A stretch of 64,000 nucleotides of DNA from Bacteroidota bacterium (lineage in GTDB: Bacteria > Bacteroidota > Bacteroidia > UBA7662 > JAIXUI01): the NCBI GenBank assembly GCA_027484125.1, contig JAIXUI010000015.1, positions 30,337 through 94,336 of the forward strand. Reading direction: 5' to 3'. Under the pieces are notes generated by a model. The model was given only the letters and a program-made list of their open reading frames with translations. It ran no database searches and was not told the origin of the DNA. The position numbers were made by a program, and so were the translations under genes. How positions within the stretch are numbered: the stretch's first letter is position 1; each line of letters begins with the position of its first letter. Shown here one piece after another: positions 41,906 through 50,881 of this stretch.

Positions 41906-44485
41906 TTAGATTAGTATGGCTTTAAGCACTTCTTTTCTAAGTGGTTTGGAAAGAAATCCTTTGACCAATTCCATTGATTTTGACTTTTGCTGGTCAGATG
42001 GGTCGATTGAAGAAGTTAACATTTGTACCTCCAATTTGATCCCATGGCTTTTCATTCGCTCCAAGAAATCCCAGCCATTGATAATGGGCATGTTAATATC
42101 AAGAAGCAGAAGGTCGGGTTTGATTTTCCCATCCACCAAATCCCGTAAAGCATTTTCTGGCTCTACATAATCAATGATTTCGATAGTAGAATCGATGTCT
42201 TTGATGATGCGTTTGTTGATAAGATGTTGGATATGATCATCATCTACGAGACAGATACTTCTGATTTTGACCTTATCGAGCTCTTCTCCACCTAATTCTT
42301 CGAAATCTGCATTTTGCACCAAATCATTAAGCTCACGAACTACTGCATCCAAGCGATCGGAAGCCAAAACTAGGCTACTGAGTATGTCGGTATTGAAAGA
42401 ATTTGGTTCATCTTTCAGTAAGCTAACAATCGATAGAATGTTAGTAAGTGGAGAACGAAGGTCAGTAGAATTGATGTGTGCATAACGCCTCAACTGATTA
42501 TACTGCCTTAATAGCACATCGTTTAGGCGACTAATTTCACGGTCTGCCTCAACGGTATCAGTGATGTCGATTGCGACGCACGAGAGTCCAACAATTTCAC
42601 CTTTGGTGTTTTTAAGCGGAGATTTTGAAGAAAGGAAATGGGTTAGTTTTCCATTAAAGAATGCCGCTTCCTCGAAAACTTTTGCATGTCCGGAATGGAG
42701 AACTTCTAAATCGTTTTCCCTGATTTTTACCGTATAACTATCCGGCTCCAGAAGTTCATATTCAACTTTATCGATGACATTTCCCCCAAGAAGTTTATCT
42801 AATTTTTGGTTGGCTATTTGGATTTTTCCTTCTTTGTCTTTGCAGAAAATGTATGCGTTTTCGTGGTTGATTATCTCTTCGAGCAACAGTTTTCTTTCAG
42901 CAATTTCTTGTTCTGATTGCTTCAGTTTGGTAACGTCAGTCAGGGTTCCTGAAAAGCCTACCAATACTTGATTGTCATCAATCACCTTCATTCCTTTTTC
43001 AAGGATATAGATAACCTTTCCGTCTGAATGCAGGAACCGATATTCAGTCGATAATTCCGTCGCATTGCTTGTTGTAAAGGCAATCCGTTCTTCATTTACT
43101 CGATTCAAATCTTCTGGATGAAGGTTTGTTTTCCATCCATAGGCTTTGCATTCGGTGGGGGAGAGGCCGCAAATTCTGGCCAGCTCTTCATTGGCATAAG
43201 TTCTGAAACCATACGCATCATCCGTATATATTCCGGAAGTAGCGGTATTGATCAAGGCTTCATGTTGCAAATTAGAAAGGCGAAGTGCTTGGCTTAGGTC
43301 TTTAGTATGCGTCACATTTAAGTGAATGCCTACCAATCGGCCCATTAAACGAGCATCTGCTTTCCTAAATAGCTTGGTAAAGGATCTCAGCCATTGAACT
43401 TCACCATTAGTTTTAATAAACCTGAGTTCAGAAGAGACCATTTTATCAGGGAGCTCATTGAGATAATCAAAAGGAGCGTCCAACAATTCGCTCCATATTT
43501 CATGGAGCTTAGAAGCGTCTTCAGGGTGTACCCGCTGATGCAAGAGCGCTTCACTATGGTGCATGCTTGCACTTCCATCTCCTTCAAAGAGTTCTTGCAT
43601 TTCATCTGACCACCATAATTTGTTTTCATCCAAATCATACACCCAAAAGGCTGACATGGTGGCGTTTAGCGACATGCGCTGAATTTCATTATGAAGAACA
43701 AGACGCTCTTCCATGGCTACTTGCTCATCTACAGGTCGGGTGATCAGTAGCAACTGAGTTACCTTACCCTCAGAATCCTTTAAAGGCGAACCCACTGATT
43801 CGAACCAGCGGTATTTTCCTTCAGAAGTTTTAAACCGATAGCGGGAGAAGTGCTCTTCGTTTTCCCCTTTAAGCAAAGTTTTATGAAGCGGTCTTATAAC
43901 TTTGTCCGCATCTTCAGGGTGAATATGGTCGTAAATGTCGGTTCCATTTAGCTCTTCTGCTTTGTAGCCTGTGATTTTATAAATTGTTTGAGAGATTCGT
44001 AAATATCTTCCATCGATATCATGAAGGCTGAGTAGTTCAGGAGAATGTCTGATGACATTGAGGAAGTCATTTTCTAACATAACTCCTTTAGCATCATAGG
44101 GCCAACGAGTAAGCAAGACGTCTAAGCCAAGGAGGAGTTGTTGGTCGATAACTGGCGGCCAAGCATCGGCTAAGCCACTTTTGAATAAATTCGCGATTCG
44201 TCGAACAGGAGATGAGCTTTCAAGCAGTACAACCGGGATGTTTCGAGGTGCATCTTGAACATAACCAAGAATTTTCTCCGCCGAGAGCATGGGATGGTCT
44301 AAGCCGGTGATAATTAAAAGTATATCCGGAGAACGTATTTCTTGAATAAACTCTTCTTCTGTCTTTACCGGTACTAAAGTACATGCAGCCATGCTGCTGC
44401 CAATAAACGCAGTAGTGAATAAATGGAGCCCTAAATCCAGACTTGGAGCGATAAGGATGCTCCCTTTCCAAAGATTGTTTTCCAT
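41906..44485 (-). CDS. Multi-PAS signalling protein: pseudo-REC, 4 PAS, degenerate HisKA, C-terminal REC; no HATPase
   Basis: PAS motifs (HPED repeats), AHINSTDLRSPL, then directly VDDD/LLDINMP/TSS/SKP receiver motifs. Confidence 0.82.
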   Translation of the reverse strand: MENNLWKGSILIAPSLDLGLHLFTTAFIGSSMAACTLVPVKTEEEFIQEIRSPDILLIITGLDHPMLSAEKILGYVQDAPRNIPVVLLESSSPVRRIANLFKSGLADAWPPVIDQQLLLGLDVLLTRWPYDAKGVMLENDFLNVIRHSPELLSLHDIDGRYLRISQTIYKITGYKAEELNGTDIYDHIHPEDADKVIRPLHKTLLKGENEEHFSRYRFKTSEGKYRWFESVGSPLKDSEGKVTQLLLITRPVDEQVAMEERLVLHNEIQRMSLNATMSAFWVYDLDENKLWWSDEMQELFEGDGSASMHHSEALLHQRVHPEDASKLHEIWSELLDAPFDYLNELPDKMVSSELRFIKTNGEVQWLRSFTKLFRKADARLMGRLVGIHLNVTHTKDLSQALRLSNLQHEALINTATSGIYTDDAYGFRTYANEELARICGLSPTECKAYGWKTNLHPEDLNRVNEERIAFTTSNATELSTEYRFLHSDGKVIYILEKGMKVIDDNQVLVGFSGTLTDVTKLKQSEQEIAERKLLLEEIINHENAYIFCKDKEGKIQIANQKLDKLLGGNVIDKVEYELLEPDSYTVKIRENDLEVLHSGHAKVFEEAAFFNGKLTHFLSSKSPLKNTKGEIVGLSCVAIDITDTVEADREISRLNDVLLRQYNQLRRYAHINSTDLRSPLTNILSIVSLLKDEPNSFNTDILSSLVLASDRLDAVVRELNDLVQNADFEELGGEELDKVKIRSICLVDDDHIQHLINKRIIKDIDSTIEIIDYVEPENALRDLVDGKIKPDLLLLDINMPIINGWDFLERMKSHGIKLEVQMLTSSIDPSDQQKSKSMELVKGFLSKPLRKEVLKAILI

Positions 44486-44486
44486 G

Positions 44487-45209
44487 TTATTCTTGACGTT
44501 TTAAATAAGTGAGTCGAGAATTACTGCCCAGAATTGGATTTTGAATGGTATAAGTTAAAGCCAAGGTGTAATTCTGATTGGAGGAAAACAATTCTCCAGA
44601 GGAAAACTGCAAAGTATCGTTGGTGGCATTAAGCATTACCAAACGATCGGTGCTTGAAGGGAAGATGTTGAAAAAAGGGGTCATTTGGCCGTAGCCTATT
44701 TTGGTTAGAAGAACACCATTGTATCGAATGGTGACGCTGTCCTGATCAACCCAAGTGTGAAGGAAGCGAATATTTGCGGAAAAATCGCTTGGTTTATCGC
44801 TTCTCAAGGGAGCCAAAAGCATTTTCGGAGCCCTAAATCCGGCGCTTGCGGCATTTCCAAAACACCAGAGTGCGTATTTGCCTGTTTTAGCAGTAGGGGT
44901 AAGGCCCAGCGTATCTAAACGTTGCCAGTCTTGGTCATATAGGGCAAAAACACGGAAAATAGTATCTGGTTCTTTGATATTTAAAAACAAGTTGGGTCCA
45001 TCACCATTTCTAAATGAAAGCGAGTTTAGCCAGTTTCGTCCGTCCACAGTAACGCCAACATTAAAAGTTCTCGCTGGATTAATGCAGAGGTTGAATGCTT
45101 TAATTTCCTGAGCTACTAGTGTATCCGGTGTATCATCCTGAGGATTTTCCTTGGTACAACCGCCGAGAAAAAATGCTGAAACACAGAGTGCTGCCAGTAA
45201 ATATTTCAT
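44487..45209 (-). CDS. Lipoprotein, DUF4397-like
   Basis: Lipobox LGGC, IRFLH and GYGQMTPF; stop lies 1 nt before the start of the PAS gene. Confidence 0.65.
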   Translation of the reverse strand: MKYLLAALCVSAFFLGGCTKENPQDDTPDTLVAQEIKAFNLCINPARTFNVGVTVDGRNWLNSLSFRNGDGPNLFLNIKEPDTIFRVFALYDQDWQRLDTLGLTPTAKTGKYALWCFGNAASAGFRAPKMLLAPLRSDKPSDFSANIRFLHTWVDQDSVTIRYNGVLLTKIGYGQMTPFFNIFPSSTDRLVMLNATNDTLQFSSGELFSSNQNYTLALTYTIQNPILGSNSRLTYLKRQE

Positions 45210-45217
45210 ATTGCCGA

Positions 45218-45258
45218 AGATAAAAAAAGACCTGCTTGCGGCAGGTCTTTTTTTATCT
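45218..45258 (-). terminator. Intrinsic terminator
   Basis: Hairpin AGATAAAAAAAGACCTGC-ttgcg-GCAGGTCTTTTTTTATCT. Confidence 0.85.
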
Positions 45259-45276
45259 ACTTTCTGATGAAAGTGC

Positions 45277-45993
45277 TTATTTCTTGGAATTAATTTCTTT
45301 AATCAAGTTGGCTTCATCTATAAAGCCAATGTGCCTCATTACCAATTTACCTTCTTTATAAAGCAAAAGAGTTGGTAGCTCATCGATTTGCATCTTTTTC
45401 ACCATCACCGTGTTTTCATCAGCATTCAACGGAACAACCTTGAGGCTACCGGTCATTTTGGTTTCAAGTTGATCCATAAAAGGTTTCATCTTGCGGCATG
45501 GAGGGCACCACGGAGCATTAAAATCAATGAGCACTAGTCCTTTGGCTGTCAAGTGATTATAGTCTGTTTCTGAAATTCCTTCTTTATTCAAGGCTTTTCC
45601 GGGATTTTGGATGGGCAGGCCTTCTTCAGTCCACTTTTTATACCCTCCTTGCATATCAATGACTTGTGTAAATCCTTTTTGAACCATCAATTTAGCTGCC
45701 TGACCTGAACGACCTCCAACGAAACAATATACCATTACAGGCTTATCTTTTTGTAAGCCTTCCAGAGAAGCTTCAAATCCTTCACTGTTATAATCAAGGT
45801 TTTTTGCCCCTTTTAAATGCCCTTCGGAAAACTCTTCCGGAGTTCTAACGTCCACTAGTTGTACATCAGGGGTAGCCTTTAGTTTTTCTTGAAAGTTGGC
45901 TGGTGCTACTTTTTCCAAAGAACTGGATGGTTTTTGAGCGCACGAGTAAAGCAGCACCAGAAGTGCTGACGTTAAAAGGAACAGTCTCTTCAT
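45277..45993 (-). CDS. Rhodanese-thioredoxin fusion lipoprotein
   Basis: Lipobox LYSC; rhodanese motifs DVRTPEEF..GHL and YCFVGGRS; thioredoxin motif WCPPC. Confidence 0.85.
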   Translation of the reverse strand: MKRLFLLTSALLVLLYSCAQKPSSSLEKVAPANFQEKLKATPDVQLVDVRTPEEFSEGHLKGAKNLDYNSEGFEASLEGLQKDKPVMVYCFVGGRSGQAAKLMVQKGFTQVIDMQGGYKKWTEEGLPIQNPGKALNKEGISETDYNHLTAKGLVLIDFNAPWCPPCRKMKPFMDQLETKMTGSLKVVPLNADENTVMVKKMQIDELPTLLLYKEGKLVMRHIGFIDEANLIKEINSKK

Positions 45994-46682
45994 TTTCTAC
46001 GAGTTTTATTTCTTAAAGCCATGAACCACTGATAGAGTTCCGGATTCGCATAAGTTTCTGACCATGAATCATGGTCTTTATCTGGGTAAATGGTCAATTT
46101 AGCATTTAACCCACATGCTAACATCTTCTTTACAAGTGATTTGCTAGATTCAGCAGGAACAATTTGGTCTTTTTCACCATGGAACGCCCAAACCTCAACT
46201 CCTGCCAACTTACATACTTTATCCACTTGACCGCCTCCACAAATAGGAGCAATCGCCTTAATCATGTCAGGATATTGAATGGCCAAATCCCAAGCGGCAA
46301 ACCCGCCCATACTTAATCCGGTGAGGTAGATATTTCGCTTGTCGAGTTGGTGTTTTTGAACCACAACTTCAATAAACTGCTGTAATCTTGACGACGACCA
46401 CCACTCACCTCTAGGACAAAGCGGTGAAACTAGAACCATGTCCGTTTTGGCCATTAAACCGGGATGCTTGGCCGGGCCATGCGTGGTAACTGGTAGTAGT
46501 TCTTTGCCTCTTTCGCCTGAACCATGCAGAAAAATTAATACTGGACGACCCGTGGTTGGGCGGTTGTAATCGTCTATTAAATAATCGTAATAAATGCTTT
46601 GAAGCGAGTCCATAGACGATTGTGCTTGAATATTGCTCCACAGTCCTGATAGCAACAGAACGAAGACCCAACGAATTAACAT
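45990..46682 (-). CDS. Exported alpha/beta hydrolase (phospholipase/carboxylesterase-like)
   Basis: Motifs FLHGSGERG, GLSMGG, FHGEKD and HDSW. Confidence 0.85.
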   Translation of the reverse strand: MLIRWVFVLLLSGLWSNIQAQSSMDSLQSIYYDYLIDDYNRPTTGRPVLIFLHGSGERGKELLPVTTHGPAKHPGLMAKTDMVLVSPLCPRGEWWSSSRLQQFIEVVVQKHQLDKRNIYLTGLSMGGFAAWDLAIQYPDMIKAIAPICGGGQVDKVCKLAGVEVWAFHGEKDQIVPAESSKSLVKKMLACGLNAKLTIYPDKDHDSWSETYANPELYQWFMALRNKTRRK

Positions 46683-46730
46683 GGTTGCAAGATAAGATAC
46701 ACGCGCGATGGATGCATGTATCTTTGTGCG

Positions 46731-47915
46731 ATGTTAACCCCACGTGCTGAACAATATTTCGAGCGGGCCCTGCTGTTTTTACAAAGCAGAGTTTCCGGTC
46801 AACCAATTCCGGCTGCTTTGAAAAGCTTTTTCAAAAAATATCCAGAAATGGGTTCAGGCGATCGAAAAACAGTCTCAGATATCCTCTACGCCTGGATTCG
46901 TTGTCAAAGTCTCTGGCCGAAGGAAGCGGTAGCCATTCCTTTGTTGCATAAAAGCTGGATCATCGTTTACGGATCGGCTAAGATGGGGGCCGCACTCATA
47001 GCGCAATACATGCCAGGATATACCGCCTCTGAGGATAAACCTTCTTCTAGATATGCTCAGCTTACAGGCCAAGCCTTACCGCTTGATTTATTTCCGGAGT
47101 CCGAAATGGTATCCCCCTCAATCGATATTCATGAGTTAACAGAGGCATTCCTCTCACAAGCAAGGGTGTTTATTCGAGTTAAAAGCGGGATTGAAACTCC
47201 TCTCATGCAGTATATTCAGTCCTTGAACCTCCAAGTAAGGGTAGATGCCCCTAGAACATGGTCATTCCCGATTCAAACCTCCCTTCAGGCACTTCAAGAA
47301 AAAGCAGAAGGTTGGTTCGAAATTCAAGATTGGGCATCACAGGAGACCTTACAACTGATGGAACCTAAAGGTGGAGAACGTTGGTGGGACTGTTGTGCGG
47401 CTTCAGGTGGTAAAAGTTTAATGCTCTATGATGCTGAACCTCAGGTTAAACTATATGTTTCTGATAAGCGTGAAAGTATTCTTCAAAATTTGAGTAAGCG
47501 ATTTCAAAAAGCCGGACTTAGACAATACTCCAGGTTGTGCGTCGATCTCGATTTTCCTCTGCCACTGGCTGAAGCTGGTTCTTTTCCTTCTCAATTCGAT
47601 GCGGTATTGGTTGATGCACCTTGCAGCGGTTCCGGCACTTGGCGAAGGTCTCCGGAAATTGCTGGGATTTGGCCTGAGGGAGGAAAAGATGAACTTTTGG
47701 TACGTCAGTCAAACATCCTGAATCATGTTTGGCCTTATGTAAAATCGAATGGAAAACTGGTTTATTTAACCTGTTCAGTTTATGCTTCAGAGAATGAAGA
47801 ACAAATTGAAGCGTTTATAGAGCGAAGCGGTGCTAAACTCAAGGTTATGAAATATTTCAATCGTTTAAAAGAAGGTGGCGATGTGTTATTCGGAGCCGTT
47901 CTTGAAAAGGAATAA
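46731..47915 (+). CDS. RsmB/NOP-family SAM-dependent RNA m5C methyltransferase
   Basis: Motifs FEIQD, DCCAASGGKS, DAPCSGSG and YLTCS. Start at 46731, after a TATCTTTG box. Confidence 0.88.
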   Translation: MLTPRAEQYFERALLFLQSRVSGQPIPAALKSFFKKYPEMGSGDRKTVSDILYAWIRCQSLWPKEAVAIPLLHKSWIIVYGSAKMGAALIAQYMPGYTASEDKPSSRYAQLTGQALPLDLFPESEMVSPSIDIHELTEAFLSQARVFIRVKSGIETPLMQYIQSLNLQVRVDAPRTWSFPIQTSLQALQEKAEGWFEIQDWASQETLQLMEPKGGERWWDCCAASGGKSLMLYDAEPQVKLYVSDKRESILQNLSKRFQKAGLRQYSRLCVDLDFPLPLAEAGSFPSQFDAVLVDAPCSGSGTWRRSPEIAGIWPEGGKDELLVRQSNILNHVWPYVKSNGKLVYLTCSVYASENEEQIEAFIERSGAKLKVMKYFNRLKEGGDVLFGAVLEKE

Positions 47916-47927
47916 CTGAAGACTAGC

Positions 47928-49007
47928 TTGATTCACTTTCTAATCCACGGAGACAGCCTATCAGGAAATATGTTGTTGTTGGTATTCCGAAAACTTGGAA
48001 TACCCGCAACATTGGTATCTCCTGACAAAATGGACTGGCCCTCGATGATTTTTCTCCCTCCTAATGCCTTGAAGGTGTTGCGATGGCTTGGTTTAGAATC
48101 CATGGTGCATAATACATCCATTCAAATAGACAGGCATGATTATGTAAATAGACTGGGAATACCTTTAAGGGTTATGGGGCCGGGCTTCTACACCGACCCT
48201 TCCGGTCTCACCATTCGGGTAATGGATGGAAGAAGATTTCATAAAATCATTCAAACAGCAGTTGAGGACACCAATAGTTACTTAGTTACTGGTAACGCTG
48301 TAGAAAATCTTTACATCAACATTGAAACAAGGCCATGGATGGCTGAAGCACTGTTGAGCTCTACAGGAAACAGCTATACTGGATATTGGTTAACAGAAGG
48401 TGTAGTAGATTTTGACCTTCCTTTGACGATGGCTACCAGCGTAACAGATGTATGGACTGATGGTGGCCGATTACGAATATGCCCGATTGGAGAAGGACGC
48501 GTTTTTTGGCAAGGAAGAGTACCTCAACCGGGTGGATTACAACCACCCCAAGACATTTTAGGCTGGATTAAGTCTCAAATGTCAGGCACTTCCGGAGTAA
48601 TAAGTTCTTTTATTCAAAGAATAGATCATATACATCTATCAGTTGCTGAACGTGTTAAATGGATTGAAAACTCGATTCATCACAATAGAATTATCGTAGG
48701 AGAAGCTAAAGTTCAACTTACTGGAGAGTCTTTACAAGCGCAGGCCATCTACATGGAAGAAGCTTTTCAATTAGCTCATTACCTAGCGAAAAGCTCAGAT
48801 TGGTTGGGGGCTGTTGCGCAATACCAAGAGAAATGTTCACGCAAAAGTAAGCTGATTTTTAGCGATGATTTTTGGACAAGCCAATTTCACCGTAGTTCTT
48901 ATGGAAGATTCATATTAAACATGTTAATCCGCTTTCTCCCAGAAAAATCGCTAAAGCAACAGTTGAATAACCTATATAGCGTTAATGGGTTAGACAGTAG
49001 TTACTGA
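47928..49007 (+). CDS. Degenerate FAD-dependent monooxygenase-like protein
   Basis: Overall layout of a class A flavoprotein hydroxylase, but with altered GxGxxG, DG and GD motifs. Confidence 0.55.
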   Translation: MIHFLIHGDSLSGNMLLLVFRKLGIPATLVSPDKMDWPSMIFLPPNALKVLRWLGLESMVHNTSIQIDRHDYVNRLGIPLRVMGPGFYTDPSGLTIRVMDGRRFHKIIQTAVEDTNSYLVTGNAVENLYINIETRPWMAEALLSSTGNSYTGYWLTEGVVDFDLPLTMATSVTDVWTDGGRLRICPIGEGRVFWQGRVPQPGGLQPPQDILGWIKSQMSGTSGVISSFIQRIDHIHLSVAERVKWIENSIHHNRIIVGEAKVQLTGESLQAQAIYMEEAFQLAHYLAKSSDWLGAVAQYQEKCSRKSKLIFSDDFWTSQFHRSSYGRFILNMLIRFLPEKSLKQQLNNLYSVNGLDSSY

Positions 49008-49645
49008 CGAATCAATTTACTTTTGGGGAGAAATACCACAGCTTTAGTTTCGAAGAATGATTCTTCAAAGAAGGCATTAATCCAGTGAACTTCAGGCATG
49101 ATGCCAGTTTCAGCCAATTCTTCCATCAAATCCCCACCTTTGAGATAATAAAGTCCATCATGGGGGTTCTCCATCCCTTTTCGGTTCCACAAATGCTTGG
49201 TGAATTCGAGGAAAGGTTGCAAGCGGGTGACCGCTCGGCTTACCATCATGCTAGTGGTTATTTTCAGATCCTCTGCTCTACCATGAATGGCCACTACATT
49301 TTTTAAATCTAGTGCTTCTTTAACAGCGTTTACCACTTTTATCTTCTTTCCGATACTATCCACCAGAACAAATTCCGTTTCGGGGTATAAAATGGCTAAT
49401 GGCAAACCTGGGAAACCGCCTCCGGTGCCAATATCAATAACTCGCTGAGAAGTAGAAAAATCAACCGTTCGCGTGATAGCCAGCGAATGAAGCACATGGT
49501 GTAAGTAAAAATGCTCCATGTCTTTTCTTGAAATCACGTTTATCTGCGCATTCCAGTGAGCATACAAATCAAACAATGCCTCATAATGAGCCTTTTGTTG
49601 CTCGTTCCATTCCGGAAAGTACTTTTGAAGATGTTCTACTTGCAT
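49001..49645 (-). CDS. rsmG: 16S rRNA m7G527 methyltransferase
   Basis: Motifs WNAQINVISR, HVLHSL, DIGTGGGFPGLPL and SRAV. Confidence 0.95.
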   Translation of the reverse strand: MQVEHLQKYFPEWNEQQKAHYEALFDLYAHWNAQINVISRKDMEHFYLHHVLHSLAITRTVDFSTSQRVIDIGTGGGFPGLPLAILYPETEFVLVDSIGKKIKVVNAVKEALDLKNVVAIHGRAEDLKITTSMMVSRAVTRLQPFLEFTKHLWNRKGMENPHDGLYYLKGGDLMEELAETGIMPEVHWINAFFEESFFETKAVVFLPKSKLIRQ

Positions 49646-50814
49646 TAGCGTTGTCTGAAAGGAAATGGTTTTAATGCCCAGGAGATTCGAAGGATAGGGT
49701 AGATGATTTCAAAAAAAGGAAGAAGAAAAATTAACCTAGGCATTTTAAATTTTACGGCTGCTGCCCCCATCATGTACCATCGTAGTAGTACCATACTGGT
49801 AAAAGTGGGTATAAGCCACTGCAATACCTCCTGATTGTTGAGATGCAATTGAATGCTTAAGAGGAAAGCGAGGATGCATCCCCAAAAACTAAAACTTCCC
49901 CAGGCTAACCAAAACAAATCAGCCCAATGGTAAAACCTACCAGCAATGAGATGACGTTGTTTTTGTTTAAACCAGTTTATCCAAGTAGTTTCTGGTTCTG
50001 AATAAGTAAAAGAGTCTGGCTCCAAAGCCCAGTTGACGTTGGCTGAAGTTGCAGCTTTGTTCACAAATAAGTCGTCATCTCCACAAGGATGATGGATGAA
50101 TTCAGCAAACCCTTTACGTTCCATAAAAAGCGTTTTGAGGTAGGATAAATTTCTGCCAACCCCCATATAGGCTTGCCCAGCCATAGCAAAAGAAAAGCAG
50201 TTGAGGCCGGTTAATAAGGTATCATATTGAATGAACCAATTGAGCAAGCTATTTCGCTGTTTATATCCCCCGAACCCAAGGACAATGGCTGTTTGGTTCA
50301 GATACCGTCTGCTGATCAACCTTAACCATTGGTCAGAGGCTGGGCGGCAATCAGCATCGCTTAATATCAAGATGTTGTTTTTCGCTGCTTTAATTCCAAT
50401 GGTTAAAGCAAATTTTTTGTCTTTAGGATATTTATCCTGCCTTCTCGCATCGGTAACCCTGAGAATTTTGGGATATCGGGCTTGGAATTCAGCCAGTACA
50501 TCCTGCGTACCATCTCCTTCAATACTATCATGGTTAGCTGGCTCCACGTAGCTGTCATTTACTACAATTACTTCAAAATCAGGATAATCTTGAGTAAGGA
50601 AATGCTCCAGGTTCTTCTTAAGGTTTTCAGCCTCAAAACGAGCGCAAATAATTACAGAAACAGGCTCTGACCTTACCGCAAGATTCTTCTCCGAAGATTT
50701 ATAAACCGCTACCCGAATCCAAAATCTGAACAGGAAAAACAACTGGGCCAAAGCAAAAACAGCAAACACTGCGGTTGTCCAAGTGGCCTCCTGAGACCAA
50801 GTACTAAAAAACAT
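49645..50814 (-). CDS. GT2 family membrane glycosyltransferase
   Basis: Motifs VSVIICAR, DADC, GDDDLF and QKQRH; flanking TM helices. Confidence 0.88.
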   Translation of the reverse strand: MFFSTWSQEATWTTAVFAVFALAQLFFLFRFWIRVAVYKSSEKNLAVRSEPVSVIICARFEAENLKKNLEHFLTQDYPDFEVIVVNDSYVEPANHDSIEGDGTQDVLAEFQARYPKILRVTDARRQDKYPKDKKFALTIGIKAAKNNILILSDADCRPASDQWLRLISRRYLNQTAIVLGFGGYKQRNSLLNWFIQYDTLLTGLNCFSFAMAGQAYMGVGRNLSYLKTLFMERKGFAEFIHHPCGDDDLFVNKAATSANVNWALEPDSFTYSEPETTWINWFKQKQRHLIAGRFYHWADLFWLAWGSFSFWGCILAFLLSIQLHLNNQEVLQWLIPTFTSMVLLRWYMMGAAAVKFKMPRLIFLLPFFEIIYPILRISWALKPFPFRQR

Positions 50815-50827
50815 GTCTTTTTTGGAA

Positions 50828-50870
50828 TAGTTTTGCGGCCTGCTGTACCAGACCTAGGGCCGCAAAAATA
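50828..50870. promoter_or_regulatory. Face-to-face TAnnTTTG promoters for tgt (+) and the GT2-rsmG operon (-)
   Basis: TAGTTTTG at 50828-50835 on plus and TATTTTTG at 50870-50863 on minus. Confidence 0.6.
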
Positions 50871-50881
50871 GCCAATTCAAC

